From Octopus vulgaris (lineage: Eukaryota), in contig OX597816.1 of assembly GCA_951406725.2 (NCBI GenBank), positions 66,526,001 through 66,590,000 on the forward strand: 64,000 bases of DNA, in the 5' to 3' direction. A model generated the notes under the pieces. The model had not been told where the DNA came from and did not search any database. It saw nothing but the letters and a program-made list of their open reading frames with translations. The position numbers and the translations under genes were made by a program. Positions 1 through 13,359 of the stretch are shown here, piece by piece (the first letter of the stretch is position 1; the number at the start of each line of letters is the position of its first letter).

Positions 1-105
1 TTTTAATTAAAAACTAATTACAAAAATATGCAAATTTACTTACCTACACATGCAAATACTAAACACACACACACATTTACACATACACATTCACACACAC
101 ACATT

Positions 106-140
<35 letters not shown>

Positions 141-354
141 TCATATATAGGTATGGGCATGGTAAATTGTAGGCATGGCCTATTGTGGATACAGTTATTT
201 GTTACCACGTAGTCTTGAGTTCTGTATTTCTTTGTTGCACATTGGGCAAAGGTCATCCACTTGTAGCCTCTGACCAACCACTGCCATGGGAATGGATTTA
301 GTAGGCAGAAACTGTATGGAAACTCATCAAAGTGTGTATATTTATGTATACATT

Positions 355-459
355 GTCATCATCATTATCATCATCATCGTCATCAACATCACCACCACCA
401 CTACCACCAAAACTACCACCACCAACAACACCACCATCACCAACACCACCACCACCACC

Positions 460-493
<34 letters not shown>

Positions 494-495
494 TT
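355..495. repeat. (CAT)n/(CAC)n trinucleotide microsatellite
   Basis: Direct repeats; explains the poly-P/T/G/V ORFs. Confidence 0.92.
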
Positions 496-555
496 CGCTG
501 ATTGCATATGTCAGACAGAATTTGTTCAGGTACATACACACACACACATTATATA

Positions 556-1609
556 TTAGGTTGTCAAGAAAGTTCTTGTGGAATTTTTGATTTTGGTTTT
601 AAATGAAGTATTTTCAAATTAATTGTCGTTAAATTACTTTGACTTTAGATATCATTTTAAAGCCCATTTTTCGCTCTATCATGTTACTCTTTTTCTTTTT
701 GAATAATTAGGCCATTTCTTCCGGAACGTTGAATACATGGACAAAAAGCAAATTTGCACAATTTTCTTATTTCAGTTCAAGCTAGGCAGAAAAGCTGCTG
801 AAACAGCTTGTAATATCAACGATGTTTGGCCCAGGAACCACTGGGCAAAAACAACACCAAGATGCAATTCACTCTACCAGAAATTTGGAAACAACATGCT
901 ATACAGCTTGGCATTCATGCCAGAAACTCTCAGTATGAACATTTCAGAGTGTTTGGGTGTGAATCTGAGGATAGTGCAGTCTGAAGACATGTACTGAGAG
1001 TGAGAAAAATCAAACATCAAGGCAACATCATGGTGCTTGGAGTGATCACTAATGATGGTGATGTTATGCCTCCATTCATCTTCCCACATGGCCTCAGACT
1101 CAACAAAGAGGCCTACATCAAGTGTCTGGAGGAGGTAGTGCTGCCCTGGATCAAGAAGGTGGATGCTGGTAGACCCTATGTCTAGCAACAGGACTCTGCA
1201 CCATGCCACTCAAGCAAGAGAACCTAGTTATGGCTGTCAGACAATTTCTGTGGCCACATCACTCCTAACATCTGGCCACCTAACTCCCCAGACTGCAACC
1301 TCCTTGATTATTATGTGTATAGTTGAGCAAGAGACCAACAAAATTCTTTGTAACACCTAAGATAAACTGAAGACAAGGATTATGGCAGCATTCACCAACT
1401 TAAACAAAGAGATCATTCAGAAGAGTTGCAGGAGATTCCAAAGTCATCTGGAGGCCATGGTTGAAGCCAATGGCAATTTCATTGAATAAAATTGCTCTTT
1501 AGTATTTCAAGATATTTTTATGTAATTTTGGTAAATATATCTGTTAAAATGAGAAGTCAGTGTTATTTTCATTTTTGTGTAATTTAGATGACAATTTATT
1601 CACTACACT
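556..1609 (+). mobile_element. Composite mariner 5' end plus Tc1-like transposase remnant
   Basis: TA-ttaggttgtc terminus; MDKKQICTIFLFQFKLGRKAAETACNIN (mariner N-terminus); then IMVLGVITNDGDVMPPFIF...QDSAPCH...WPPNSPDCN (Tc1-type DDE) with stops and frameshifts. Confidence 0.85.
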
Positions 1610-1629
1610 TGACCACTAAATCTACAAAT

Positions 1630-1785
1630 ATTTTTCTTCTCTCCGCTTGTTTCTTCGTGTTCATTTCTGTTGAAGAGTGTAAGTTTGAAACATAAAGACT
1701 TTCTCACCTACCCGAGCATCAAACTAATAAACCTGCTTGTTGTTTATACACTTATCTTCGTCTTTTGTTTTTCTGTAAATTTCAA
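1630..1785 (+). mobile_element. Family 2-related repeat with degenerate hammerhead (1664-1697)
   Basis: TTT CTGTTGA A GAGT gta AGTTT GAAA CA T A AAG, then gagcatcaaactaata...tcttcgtcttttgttttt shared with the 56460-56620 copy. Confidence 0.5.
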
Positions 1786-2344
1786 CTATACACACACACA
1801 TACACACAGATATATATATATATATATATATAAAATATATATATGTAGACAATGGGCTTGCTTCCACACAGGTTTTGTTTACCAAATCCACTCATAAGAC
1901 ACTGGGTCAGCCCAGGGTTATAGTAGACACTTACACAAGGTGCCATGCAATGGGATTGAGCCCTAAACCTCACAGTTGCAAAGCAAGCTTCTTAATTATG
2001 CAGCCATATCATCACCCTATCTGTTACCCTTCTTGATTCCTGTCACCTTTAGCTCATCACTAAGCACTATACCCAGTGCTTTCTTCCCAGAACATTGCCC
2101 CTCTGGAAGCTTTCCTTGCTCATGTGTTGCCTGCAGGTGTTGACCTGTCACAGCGGAACTGGAACAATAGCAGTATCAGTCTCAGAAGGTACATGATTCA
2201 TCAGGAATGTTTTGCCTATGTCACCAGGAGCATCAACAATGAACAATTCCCTTTTGTCAATTTCAATAATTTACTTGATGCCATGATAGGCCTGCTTTTG
2301 CTCGCTCACCAATGAAGAATTGAATGACCAAGATTTGATATCAA

Positions 2345-2790
2345 TCATCATCATCATCATCATCGTTTAACGTCTGCTTTCCATGCTAGCATGGGTTGGA
2401 CGATTTTGACTGAGGGCTGGTGAACCAGACGGCTGCACCAGGCTCCAATCTTGATTTGGCAGAGTTTCTACAGCTGGATGTCCTTCCTAATGCGAACCAC
2501 TCCGAGAGTGTAGTGGGTGCTTTTTACGTGCCACCGGCACAGGGGCCAGTCAGGCGGTACTGGCAATGACCTTGCTCGAATCCTTTTACACATGCCACCA
2601 GCACAGGTGCCAGTAAGGCGACATTGGTAACGATCACACTCGAATGGTGCCACTGGCACGGAAGCCAGTTGGCTGTTCTGGCAACGATCACGCTCGGATG
2701 GTGCTCTTGGCACCCTACTAGCACGAGCACATGTGCCAGTAAGGCGATGCTGGTAACGATCACGCTCGAATGGTGCCCTTTAAGTGCCAC
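2345..2790 (-). mobile_element. Retroposon family C with (ATG)n tail and internal tandem subrepeats (representative copy)
   Basis: catcatcgtttaacgtc.gctttccatgctagcatgggttggacg block. Copies at about 29460-29910, 32176-32515, 42100-42395, 44030-44232, 44850-45075, 48700-48925, 49060-49345, 51040-51195, 57510-57965, 59450-59985. Confidence 0.85.
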
Positions 2791-2799
2791 TGGCATCAA

Positions 2800-3160
2800 T
2801 GGTATCAAAAAGTCCCCAGACTAGTTCTGGTAGTCCATGGTTGCTTGCATGCATGGTGAGAGCAAGCAGTGACCTTCACGAGGCAGTGTGCCAAATGGCA
2901 TTGCTGTGTTTACTTCACAAGTTGTGAAATTTGTGTTTTTGTGATCACAGATATGCTGTAGTCTGTGATTTTTGTCATGGATAGGAAGTTGGAATAAAGA
3001 GCCAATGTAAAATTTTGTGTAAAACTTGGGAAATCTGCTACAGAGACAGTGAGCATGCTTCAACAAGCTTACGGCAATGAGGCAATCGGTCTTACACAAT
3101 GTTTCGGTGGCATGGGTGCTTCAAAAGCAGAAGAATGTCCCTAGAAGACCATGAGCCTTA
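2800..3160 (+). mobile_element. Mariner 5' fragment
   Basis: Translates as DRKLE*RANVKFCVKLGKSATETVSMLQQAYGNEAIGLTQCF, a mariner helix-turn-helix region. Confidence 0.75.
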
Positions 3161-3504
3161 GATTTGTACCAAGTGTCTGGATTTTAATAGTGTTTTTTGT
3201 TCATGTGTAAGGCAAATATGGTACCCAAAATCTTTATCTTTTACTTGTGTCAGTCATTTGACTGTAGCCATGCAGGGGCACCACCTTGAAAGATTTAGCC
3301 AAACAAATTGACCCCAGTACTATTTTTCTAAAGTCTGGTACTTATTCTATCAGTCTCTTTCACCAAACCACTAAGTTACATGGATATTAACACACCGACA
3401 CCAGTTGTCAAGTGTTGGCAGAGAAGAAGCACAAATTCAAAGATACACATGCACACACACACACATGCACACACACACATGCACGCACACATGCACGCAC
3501 ACAC

Positions 3505-3623
<119 letters not shown>

Positions 3624-5387
3624 GGTCTCTATCTACAAAATCTGCTCACAAAGCTTTGGTCAGTCTGAAGGTCAAGTAGAAAGCACTTGGCCAAGGTGCC
3701 ACTTAGTGGGATTGAAACTAGAATCATGTTATTAAGAAGCAATCTTTTTACCACACAGCCAGTCTGCACCAAAAAAAATCAACAAAATTAAATCAATAAA
3801 TATATAAATGGTTGTGAATACTATTGAATAAATAGTAAACCCAAGACTGCAGACTGGGTTCAATTACTATTCAAGTCACTTCTCTTCAATTATATATCAA
3901 TTACATGTTTATAATGAAACAAAGTAAGAGTTCAGATGTAAAAAAAAAAAAGAACAACAATCCTTTGTTTAAATTCAAACAAATTTGTTGTTTTTGAGTT
4001 TCCTATCTACAAATTAAAATGTAATAAGTTGCAATTGTCCTTTGTTACAATCATGAATAACATTAAGCACACATAAAAATAATTTTTTAAATTGGTGCCT
4101 AAATACGAAGCAAATAAGTTTTCTGATTTGAACAAAGGTCAAGGAAGGGTTTAGAGAAAGGATTTTTGGAAATAATAGAAAACAAGGAATTTGGGGAGGG
4201 TGAGAGAAGAATGTTACAGATTTGAAATTTGAGGGTATGATGAAGGAATGGTGAACATTTAAAATTTGGCAGGGATGAGAAAACGCTAACGAACTCTTGA
4301 AACTGGAGGGGAGGAGGAAGGAATAAAGAACACTCAAAACTTTGGGAGTAGGAGGCAATAACTTTTACCTACTTGAGATTTGGAGATAGGAATGAAAGAA
4401 TGGTGCACAATTGAAGTTTATGGACATACGGCATTGTTTCTTAAATAAATACAACAAATAAATGATTGAAACAATGGTTTTTAAACAAACAGACGTTTGG
4501 AAATGTTGCACTTCTTTCCTCACCCCCACCCCACCCCACCCATTTCTCTTCCTCTCTCTCTCTCTCATAGATACACAGACACAAACCTGCCCCCACATGC
4601 ACACAGACACACACAAACATACATACATATATTTATATGCTCATATAAACATGCATATATATATATATATATATATATATACATGCATACATACATACAT
4701 ATATACATACATACATACATACATACATACATACATGCACACATACACTACACAATTACACACAGACATATACACACACACACACACACACATACATATA
4801 CATCACTCTCTCTCTCTCTCTTACTCTTTCACTATACATATATATATATATATTCTCTTTTATGAGCCAAGTGTTGTATTTCTCTCTTGGGAAGGTAAAT
4901 GTTTCCTCTGATTAGCTTAGCATACCTGAGATGCTAGCTGCTCAGCAAGGCACAGGCAAGTTCATCATCACCATAATCAGCATTATTAGCAACTACAGTA
5001 ACACTACTGCTTCCATCACCACCACTGTGACTATCCAGCCTCCTGTATCTTCCCATTCTGCTATGCTCTGAAACTCCCCCTAAATTTGATTACATGAGGA
5101 ATAGCTGCTAGAAGAATGCACATAAATTTGCACACATCAAATTGTCATCCACACATATGTGGACATTGTTGTTGTTTAGCTTCAGGTTAACCCTAAGTAA
5201 GCAGATCTATGATCAAAAGGGATCCATCTATGACTAAAATCCCTTCAAATTTTTTTTTTCCAGTAATAATGTACACTATACAACATAATCCAATGTGACC
5301 TTTGTTTAGACAATAGTGTGTGGCTTGAGGGAAATTTGGCTGATATTTTTATCATACTGGTTTCTTTGTATGCATGGTTTATGGGTA

Positions 5388-5905
5388 CCGTAAATCCTTG
5401 AGTATAGTCTGCCCATGGCCCTTGAGTATAATATGCAGGGGAGTTTTAGGGGGCTGTACCTGTGAAAAACCTAAACCTTGTGTATAATACGCACCCTTTC
5501 TCTAACTTGAGTCAAGGAGGCCTATATAACGTCCTCGGTTTGTAAAAATGTATACGGTAACGTCCTTTATTAGTATTGTATATATAACATAATGCAAACG
5601 TGTAGCTTTTTTGTGCATTTTGTTTGCAGAAAATAAAGAAATAACAGTAATAATGTGTAATAAATGTTGCTTACTGCAAGTTATGGATGATTCTTTTATG
5701 ACTTCATTGCTTTCAACCTTAGCTTAAGGTATTTTCGCATCCAACATCACAAAATGCATCTGAATAAACATTGCCGGACAGCAAATAGAGTCTTGGACAT
5801 TGCTTAGAAAGTAATTTTCATTTTAACTTTGTATATAGTACACACTAGGGATTTTGACCTTTAAAGTTTGGGAAAAAAATGCGGATTATACTCGAGGATT
5901 TACGG
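5388..5905. mobile_element. Tc1/pogo-type MITE, copy 1
   Basis: Terminal inverted repeats (TIRs) CCGTAAATCCTYGAGTATA with TA flanks; near-identical, oppositely oriented copies at 20307 and 45446. Confidence 0.9.
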
Positions 5906-6134
5906 TATTTTAGTCAAGCATTACGACACAATATATAGTTATCTTGAAGGAATTCTATATTCTGCCATTTATTAAGTTTATCTTTTTTTGTTTTGTTTTT
6001 AAATCTTTCTTTTAATGGGATGATGAGTAGCTACATTGATGGATCATACTGTACCAACATACCAACTTAAGCTCTTCACTCTCCATGATGTATAGGCCAT
6101 CAGCAACTTTTCCCCGCTTCTCTTGACTCTAGAT

Positions 6135-6462
6135 CAGGGGTTCTCAACCATTTTTTATCTATGGACCCCTTTGATTACTATTTTATTCCGGTCGACTTGC
6201 ATAGCCATTTGATGTTTAAGAACTAGTTTTATAGAAACTTCTTTCAAAATTCCTATTTTGTTTATCACACATTAACTTGTGTAGGTTGAACTTGCAATAC
6301 ATACCCATACATACATCTAAAGAAAAATATTTTCAGGGGCCCTTAAAATACTATTATGAATCCCTAGTTTACTATTTTGCTTGCGTGGGCACCCCAAAAT
6401 CTTATATGGATCCCGGGGGTGGGGGGGCAAAGGGCTATATGAATCTCAGTTGGGAACTACTG
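6135..6462. mobile_element. hAT (Charlie-like) MITE
   Basis: TIRs CAGGGGTTCTCAAC / GTTGGGAACTACTG; 8-bp TSD ctctagat at 6127-6134 and 6463-6470. Confidence 0.85.
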
Positions 6463-7282
6463 CTCTAGATTGTCTTTTTCTCTCCCAAGTCTCCTTGATT
6501 TCAAATTGTCATTGATGCTTCTATAACTTTACTCTGTCTTTGTAGAGGTATTACCCTACACAAATCCATTTTTACCTCTGCAAAGAAGTGGTCCATATTA
6601 GTTTCACTTTTATCCTTTGACCTGTCCAACATGGGAGGCCCTACATGGAGCTTGCACTCTACTGGCATAACTCTCAGAGTCATTGTAATACCCCATGCAC
6701 CACACTGCAACAAGGACTGGCCCTTGTGATGCATACTGCACCAACACATGCATGAAAAAAGCTCATTCTTTTATTTAGTCACAAAGACATACAAAGAACA
6801 TACATACATACACACACACATACATACATACATACATACATACATACATACATACACACACATGGACATACATATGTACATACATTTGTACTTGCATAAA
6901 TACATACTACATACATACATACTTACATGCATATATGTACAGATGTATATATACATACATATGTAGATATGTATGATCATACATATATACATATATATGT
7001 TTGCACATATGTATATTCATTCATACATATGAGCATATATTCATGCATATGTTCATAGATAGATAGATAGATAGATAGATACATACATACATACATACAT
7101 ACATACACTACATGACCTTAAAGCTGTTTCAACATACCCTTTCGATGGCAGACCTATTCTGCATGGTCTCATGTGCCATGCTCAATAATACAACAGCAAA
7201 AAAAAAAAAGTACAAACTACCGTAACAACCATATGTAGCAACAACAGTGATGCTCCAACAATCAAAGCTATTCTGCAATTAT

Positions 7283-7504
7283 TTCGTTTTGGGATTTGGC
7301 TTGCAAGACTCTCTATATGAGTTCGTGTGTTGAAGCATATTGTATTGTGCCTGGGGAGAGTCATTTTCTTTTTGTGCCTTATTATTGCAAGACACAACGA
7401 AAATTTTGGGACAATAAAAATAAGAAAAATGTGGAAATTTTACTGGTGAGTGTGTTACATAATAAGGCACAAAAAGAAAATGACTCTCCCCAGACACAAT
7501 AGAA
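7283..7504. mobile_element. Asymmetric inverted-repeat insertion with 14-bp TSD
   Basis: About 42-bp inverted arms at 7343-7384 and 7460-7501; tattctgcaattat duplicated at 7269-7282 and 7505-7518. Confidence 0.7.
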
Positions 7505-7524
7505 TATTCTGCAATTATATTATG

Positions 7525-7760
7525 TATTTGTCAGAGAGGTGTCCTCATTTTGGTTGTTGCTCTCACCACCTTCAGGTGTCTTGTGATTCACCTTAGTGCC
7601 TTGCCTGGGACTGAACTCAGAAACTTTAGTTGACTGCACTGCATTAACTAGCACCTTTATCCACTATGCTATTCCCGTAATAAAAGCAACAACCAAGATG
7701 AGGACACTACTCCACTAATGCATGATATAAAATTTCTCATCTAGGAAAATACGGAACTGT
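7525..7760 (-). mobile_element. Diverged relative of family 1 (tRNA head, partly deleted hammerhead, inverted tail)
   Basis: Minus strand reads TAGCATAGTGG...GAGTTCAGTCCCAGGC...AGACACCTGAAGG...AACAACCAAAATGAGGAC. An inverted tail copy at 7685-7760 resembles the family 1 tail. Confidence 0.5.
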
Positions 7761-8066
7761 TTCCCACAATTAAAATTTTTTTCCCACTACACTCAATGTT
7801 AATATCTTTCCAAAATAACCTTGTACCGTGTTTCAAGAACGTCATGATGATGATAACACAATTTTCTCAAATTACATCTAAAATACTTAAGCTACAAAAG
7901 TTCAACTATGGGCACAGGCATTATTGTGTGGGAAGAAGCTTGCTTCCCAACCACATGGATTTTGGGGTTCAGTTCCACTGCATGACACTCTGAGTAAGTG
8001 TCTTCTTCTAATATCCCTGAGCTGACCAATGCTCTCTGAGTGAATTTGATAGATGAAAAATTAGGC

Positions 8067-8226
8067 ATAGGAGTGGCTGTGTGGAAAGTAGTTTGCTTAC
8101 CAACCAGATAGTTCAAGGTTCAGCCCCACTGCGTGGCACTTTTGGCAAGTGTCTTCTACTATAGCCTCGGGCCAGCCAAAGCCTTGTGAGTGGATTTGGT
8201 AGACAGAAACTGAAAGAAGCCTGTCG

Positions 8227-8265
<39 letters not shown>

Positions 8266-8460
8266 ATGTGTTTGTGTGTCTGTGTTTGTCCTTTGATAAC
8301 CGATGGTGGTGTGTTTACGTCCCCGTAACTTAGCGGTTCGGCAAAAGAGACCAATAGAATAAGTACTAGGCTTACAAAGAATAAGTCCTGGGGGTCAATT
8401 TGCTCGACTAAAGGCAGTGCTCCAGCATGGTTACAGTCACATGACTGAAACAAGTAAAAG
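8067..8460 (+). mobile_element. tRNA-headed SINE family A (representative copy)
   Basis: Head GGCATAGGAGTGGCTGTGTGG...GGTTCAGCCCC, internal TA/TG microsatellite, tail ATGACTGAAACAAGTAAAAG. Other copies at about 3238-3765(-), 9935-10310(-), 19675-20046(-), 32998-33367(-), 53027-53365(+), 54065-54430(-), 60853-61232(-), plus many fragments. Confidence 0.85.
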
Positions 8461-8789
8461 AGCCCATCATATGTGCATGCATGTGTATATGTGTGTGTGT
8501 GTTTGTGCGTGTGTGTGTGTGTGTTTGTGTGTTTATGCATGTGTGTCTTTGTGTTTGTGTTAATCCTTCACTACTGGTTAGCCACTGGTGATGGTTCCAT
8601 TACATCCCTATAACTTAGTAGTTTGACAAAAGAGACTGATAGAATAAGTACTAGGCTTAAAGATAAGTACTGGAGTTGATTTGACTAAACACTTCAAGGT
8701 GATGCCCCAGTATGGCCACAGTCTAATGACTGAAACAGGTGAAAGAAAAGGAAATGATTTTCAGTGCAATATAAGTCAAACCAGATTCC

Positions 8790-9260
8790 TGTACAGGTAT
8801 TCAATATGAATGTTGTATCCTGCCAGATTGTGTGGAAGATGGCAGAATCCCCAAGGACATACTCTACAGAAGGCTTGCTCGGAGCACTAGGTCTGTTGGA
8901 AGGATGCTTGCAAAAGGGACATGAAGGCCTGCGACATCAATATTAGCAACTGGGAAGCAGTTGCCAGCAACCGTGGAGATTGGCGACGTACCGTAAAAGA
9001 GGGAACACAAAGGAGTGACATAGAGGGAGAGGAGAAATGGAAAGACAAGAAAAGACGTCAACAAGAAAGTATGACATTACAACCAGCCAGGCAAAGTCTT
9101 TGCTACATTTGCGGCACCTGCCAGAGGAAGTGTTTGTCCAGGATAGGGCTACACAGCTACAGCAGGAGATGTATTAGGACATGAAATGTAAAAGCCGGAC
9201 TAGATTATTTTATGTGCAACTCCATTGTCTCCCAAGACAAAAAGGATGCCAACAACAATA
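8790..9260 (+). mobile_element. RTE-clade LINE 3' fragment
   Basis: GRIPKD..., MKACDINISNWEAVASNRGDWRRTVKEG and C-terminal zinc finger CGTCQRKCLSRIGLHSYSRRC. Confidence 0.85.
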
Positions 9261-9657
9261 ATCCTACCAGATATACATACATATAATGATAGAAGTGTAA
9301 GCAATCTAGTACATGCATGCATGCATATGTAATTGTACATAGAGAAACATCAATGTAATTACAATCATAACCACATCTTATCTATGATATTAAAAAAATG
9401 AGGCTTCTCCTGAACCAGTGGGAAAATGCTTATATATTTTTTCTATGTCAATGGTTATTCCACTCCAATGTTTCAAATACCAGTTTCCTGTTTGCTTTTT
9501 TTATTTAAAATAAAATGTATATTTTGATTATTTACTCTTACCATTTTTTTTCTTCTTTCAACATTTCACAATCAACTAATATTTTAAACTAGGCCATATG
9601 CTAAAGAACTATTTAGATTTTGTCTCAATTTGAAGCTTTCCTCCTCCTCCTCCTTAT

Positions 9658-9883
9658 CATGAAATTGATAAAAAAAACTGATAAAGATGAAATTGATTAA
9701 AAAACTGATTAAAATGAAATTGATAAAAAAAACTGATTAAAATGAAATTGATAAAAAACTGATTAAAATTAAATTAATAAAAAAACTGATAAAAATGAAA
9801 TTGATAAAAAACTGATTAAGATGAAATTGATAAAAAAACTGATTAAGATGAAATTGATAAAAAAAAACTGATTAAAATGAAAT
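9658..9883. repeat. A-rich minisatellite, about 26-29 nt unit (AAAATGAAATTGATAAAAAAACTGATT), about 8 copies
   Basis: Direct tandem repeats visible in the sequence. Confidence 0.9.
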
Positions 9884-10639
9884 CTATATAGGTTCAGAAA
9901 GTTATATGTAACCTTTTATTTGTTTCTGTCATTTTACTTGTTTCTGTCATTGGACTGCAGTCCATGCTGGGGTACCACCTTGACGGGTTTAGTTAAACAA
10001 CTCATTTCCAGTTTTTCAAGTCTGATACTAATTCTATTGGTCTCTAACACTGAACCACTAAGTTATGGGTACATAACAAAGCAACACCAGATGTGAAGCA
10101 GTGAGAGAAGGCAAACACAAAAACACACACACATATATATATATATATATGATAGGCTTTCACAGTCTCCATCAATCAAATTCACTCACAAAGTATGGAT
10201 CAGCCCAGGGCAAAAAAAGAAGACACTTGCCCAAGGTTCCACACAATGGGACTGAACCTAAAACCACAGGGTTGTAAAACAAGCTTCTTAATCACACGGC
10301 TATACTGGCACCATAAAATTTAAATATTCACATTACAAAATCATTAGTGTCTTTCAGTAAGGTATATTGCACACACAATAATTAACTGAGGTTGACTCCT
10401 TAAATATTGGTTTTAAATTCTGGCAGAAGGCCAGCAATTTGTGGGGAGAGCATAAGTCAATAACATCAACTCCAGTTCTTGACTGGTACATATTTTATTA
10501 ACCCCAAAAGGGATGAAAAGGAAAAGTTGATCTCAGCAGAATTTGAACTCAGAACATAAAGACAGATGAAATTCCAACTGCTTAAATGCTAATTAAATAC
10601 AAGTATCCCTTGAATTGTTCTAGTTATATGCCTATATTA

Positions 10640-11205
10640 TTGGGTTGTTCAGAAAGTTCATGCCAGTTTTTAAAGGAAAGAAAAAGGTCAATAAATACTT
10701 GCCATTACATTTTTAATCAACCAAATATGAACCATTTTGTTGCACAAGGCATCTCCATCTTTCCTTTAACTTAAAAATACCCTCTTCCCAGAATTGAGGT
10801 GGTTTCATGGTAAAGAATTCATCAAGGTATCTTTTTACATCATCCAAGGAATTAAAATGTTTACCATTAAGACTATTCTGCAGAGAACTGAATAAATGGA
10901 AATCCGAAGGAGCAATATCTGGTGAATATAGAGGGTGGGATAACACATTCCAGCTGAGCTGCAGCAATTTTTGTCTGGTTCCCAAAGCATCAAGTGCCGA
11001 AAATGAGCTTTCTTATCTTCCATTTTAAAAGGTTACAAAATTAACACAGGTTATAGGAACATAAACCTTCTTCCACGAAAAGCTAGCTTAAACTGTGCTC
11101 TAAATGGAGGTGTAGTCAAATCCTATTTTATGGACTCAACCATGTTCTAAAATATGTCGAAAGGTAAGCTATTATAAATTGGCATGAACTTTAAGAACAG
11201 CCCAA
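10640..11205 (-). mobile_element. Internally deleted mariner with both TIRs
   Basis: TA-flanked TIRs ttgggttgttcagaaagttcatgcca / tggcatgaactttaagaacagcccaa; ORF contains HPLYSPDIAPSDFHLF (YSPDLAP motif). Confidence 0.92.
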
Positions 11206-11603
11206 TAGAATTAATTATCCATTTCCCATGCTGGCATGAGTTGGACAGTTTTATAGGAGCTGGCAAGCTAGAGACTTCACCAAACTCCAATGTTTACTTT
11301 GGCACAGTTTCTATGACTGGATTCCCTTCCTAATACTAACAACTTTACAGAGTGTACAAGGTGCTTTTTTTCATAGTACCAGCATCAGTGAAGTCACCAA
11401 TTAACTTGCAAGAAAAGACACGCCTCAACTGAGTGGGGGTGTAGCATTGACTGAAGTAGTTTTATGCCAAATGATGAGAGGCTACAATAAAGGGGCAGAG
11501 ACAGGCTATCTTACTGTAGAGAAGATATATAGCTAACCCAGTTAGACAAAAGAGAAGGTGGTGGTAAAGAGGTGTAAGGGCAATTTAAATTAAGCTGACA
11601 GAA

Positions 11604-11835
11604 GGTGGCAAGCTGGCAGAAACGTTAGCACGCCGAGCGAAATGCTTAGTAGTATTTCGTCTGCCGTTATGTTCTGAGTTCAAATTCCGCCGAGGTCGAC
11701 TTAGCCTTTCATCCTATCGGGGTCGATAAATTAAGTACCAGTTATGCACTGGGGTCAATGTAATCGACTTAATCCCTTTGTCTGTCCTTGTTTGTCCCTT
11801 CTGTGTTTAGCCCCTTGTGGGCAATAAAAAAATAA
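11604..11835 (+). mobile_element. SINE family B (CORE-like; representative copy)
   Basis: GGTGGCRAGCTGGCAGAAACGTTAGC...GAGTTCAAATTCC...TTTCATCCT.TCGGGGTCGATAAA. Copies at about 19386-19592(+), 33645-33867(-), 54462-54692(+) and fragments. Confidence 0.85.
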
Positions 11836-12292
11836 GAATCATTAGAACACCAGACAGAATGCTTAGCAGCACTTTGTCCATCTTTAAATTCTGAGTTCAA
11901 GTTTTTACCAAGGTCAGCTTTGCCTCTCATCCTGCCAGGGTCAATAAAATAAGTACCAGTTACGCCTGGGGGGGTTGATGTAATCAACTTCTCCCCTTCC
12001 CCAAGATTGTTGGCCTTGTGCCAAAATTTGAAACCAAATTAAATTAAGCTTCAATTGTTTGCTTAATAATTCAATCTTTTCTTATACAATTCACTACATC
12101 AGTGAAAAATGAATGCTTTTAGCAATGAGCCATATCTAAGCATTAGCATCTGTAAAGGGAAGCTGAACCAAAAATGAGATGATTCTGAGACTGGATTCCC
12201 TGCTACTTGCTGCCAACATTACGACAATACATCACTTGTTGTTGTTTATCGTGTTTCACAAATAATTTGTTTTCTTTGTGTGTGTATGTGCC

Positions 12293-12333
<41 letters not shown>

Positions 12334-12586
12334 ATGTTTTGGCACCAAATCTAAAAACAAGGGAAACACTATATTCTGAATTAAGTAATTATTCCAAAAG
12401 CAACATAGCAAAACACGATTAAAACTAGAGAATATGGTTAAGTAGGATATGTTATATACTAATTTACTCTGAGTATGAGCACCATCAATTAGTTGGCATT
12501 AAATTCTCTTTAATATGCAACTTTATTCCTCTCTATTTGTTAGTATTTATTTATTGTTAGTGAGAATATCAATAGAATACCAGACA

Positions 12587-12855
12587 ACCAGCCAGCCAAT
12601 AAACCAACCAACCAACCAACCAACCAACCAGCCAGCTAACCAACCAACCAACCAACCAACCGACTGACCGACTGACTGATCAAACGACTAACCAATCAAC
12701 CAACCGACTGACCAACCAACCAACCAACCAGCCGACTAACCAACCAACTGACCGACCAACCAACCAACCAACCAACCAACCAACCAACCAGCCAGCCAAC
12801 CAACCAACCAGCCAACCAACCAACAAACCAACCAACCAACCAGCTAACCAGCCAA
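12587..12855. repeat. (AACC)n microsatellite with AGCC/GACT variants
   Basis: Direct tandem repeats. Confidence 0.95.
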
Positions 12856-13273
12856 TTAAGATGTCCTGTGTCTTGTCACTGTAAGTATAAATGTGGCAAA
12901 CATATCTAACATTTAGTGTTCAGGGTGTTAGACTCATGATTGTAAGATTGCGGTTTCAATTCCTGGGCCAGGCGATGCATTGTGCTCTTGGGCAAAACAT
13001 TTCATTTCTTGTTGCTCCTGTCCACTCAGCTTGTAAAAATGAGTTATCCTGTGATGGACTGGTGTCCTGTCCAAGTGGGCAATATGTACACCACAGAAAC
13101 TGGGAAAATGGTCCTATGGGTCTAAATGACCCAGGAAGAATCTTATCCTTCATTATCCTTATGTACTCAATAGAGAACTCTGCTTAATGTAGGAACGAAT
13201 ATCTTAATACTGAAAGCAGCAGCTGCACTGAAATTGACAAGGACTGGTTTTAACTTCATCTATGTGTCTTGTC

Positions 13274-13335
<62 letters not shown>

Positions 13336-13359
13336 AAGGTTTAATCAGTTGTCAACACT

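Noticed and set aside
2520-2790. Repeat-spacer-like array (GGYAACGATCACRCTCGRATGGTGC) resembling CRISPR
   Set aside because: Eukaryotic context, no cas genes, and the spacers are themselves related; these are internal subrepeats of retroposon family C.
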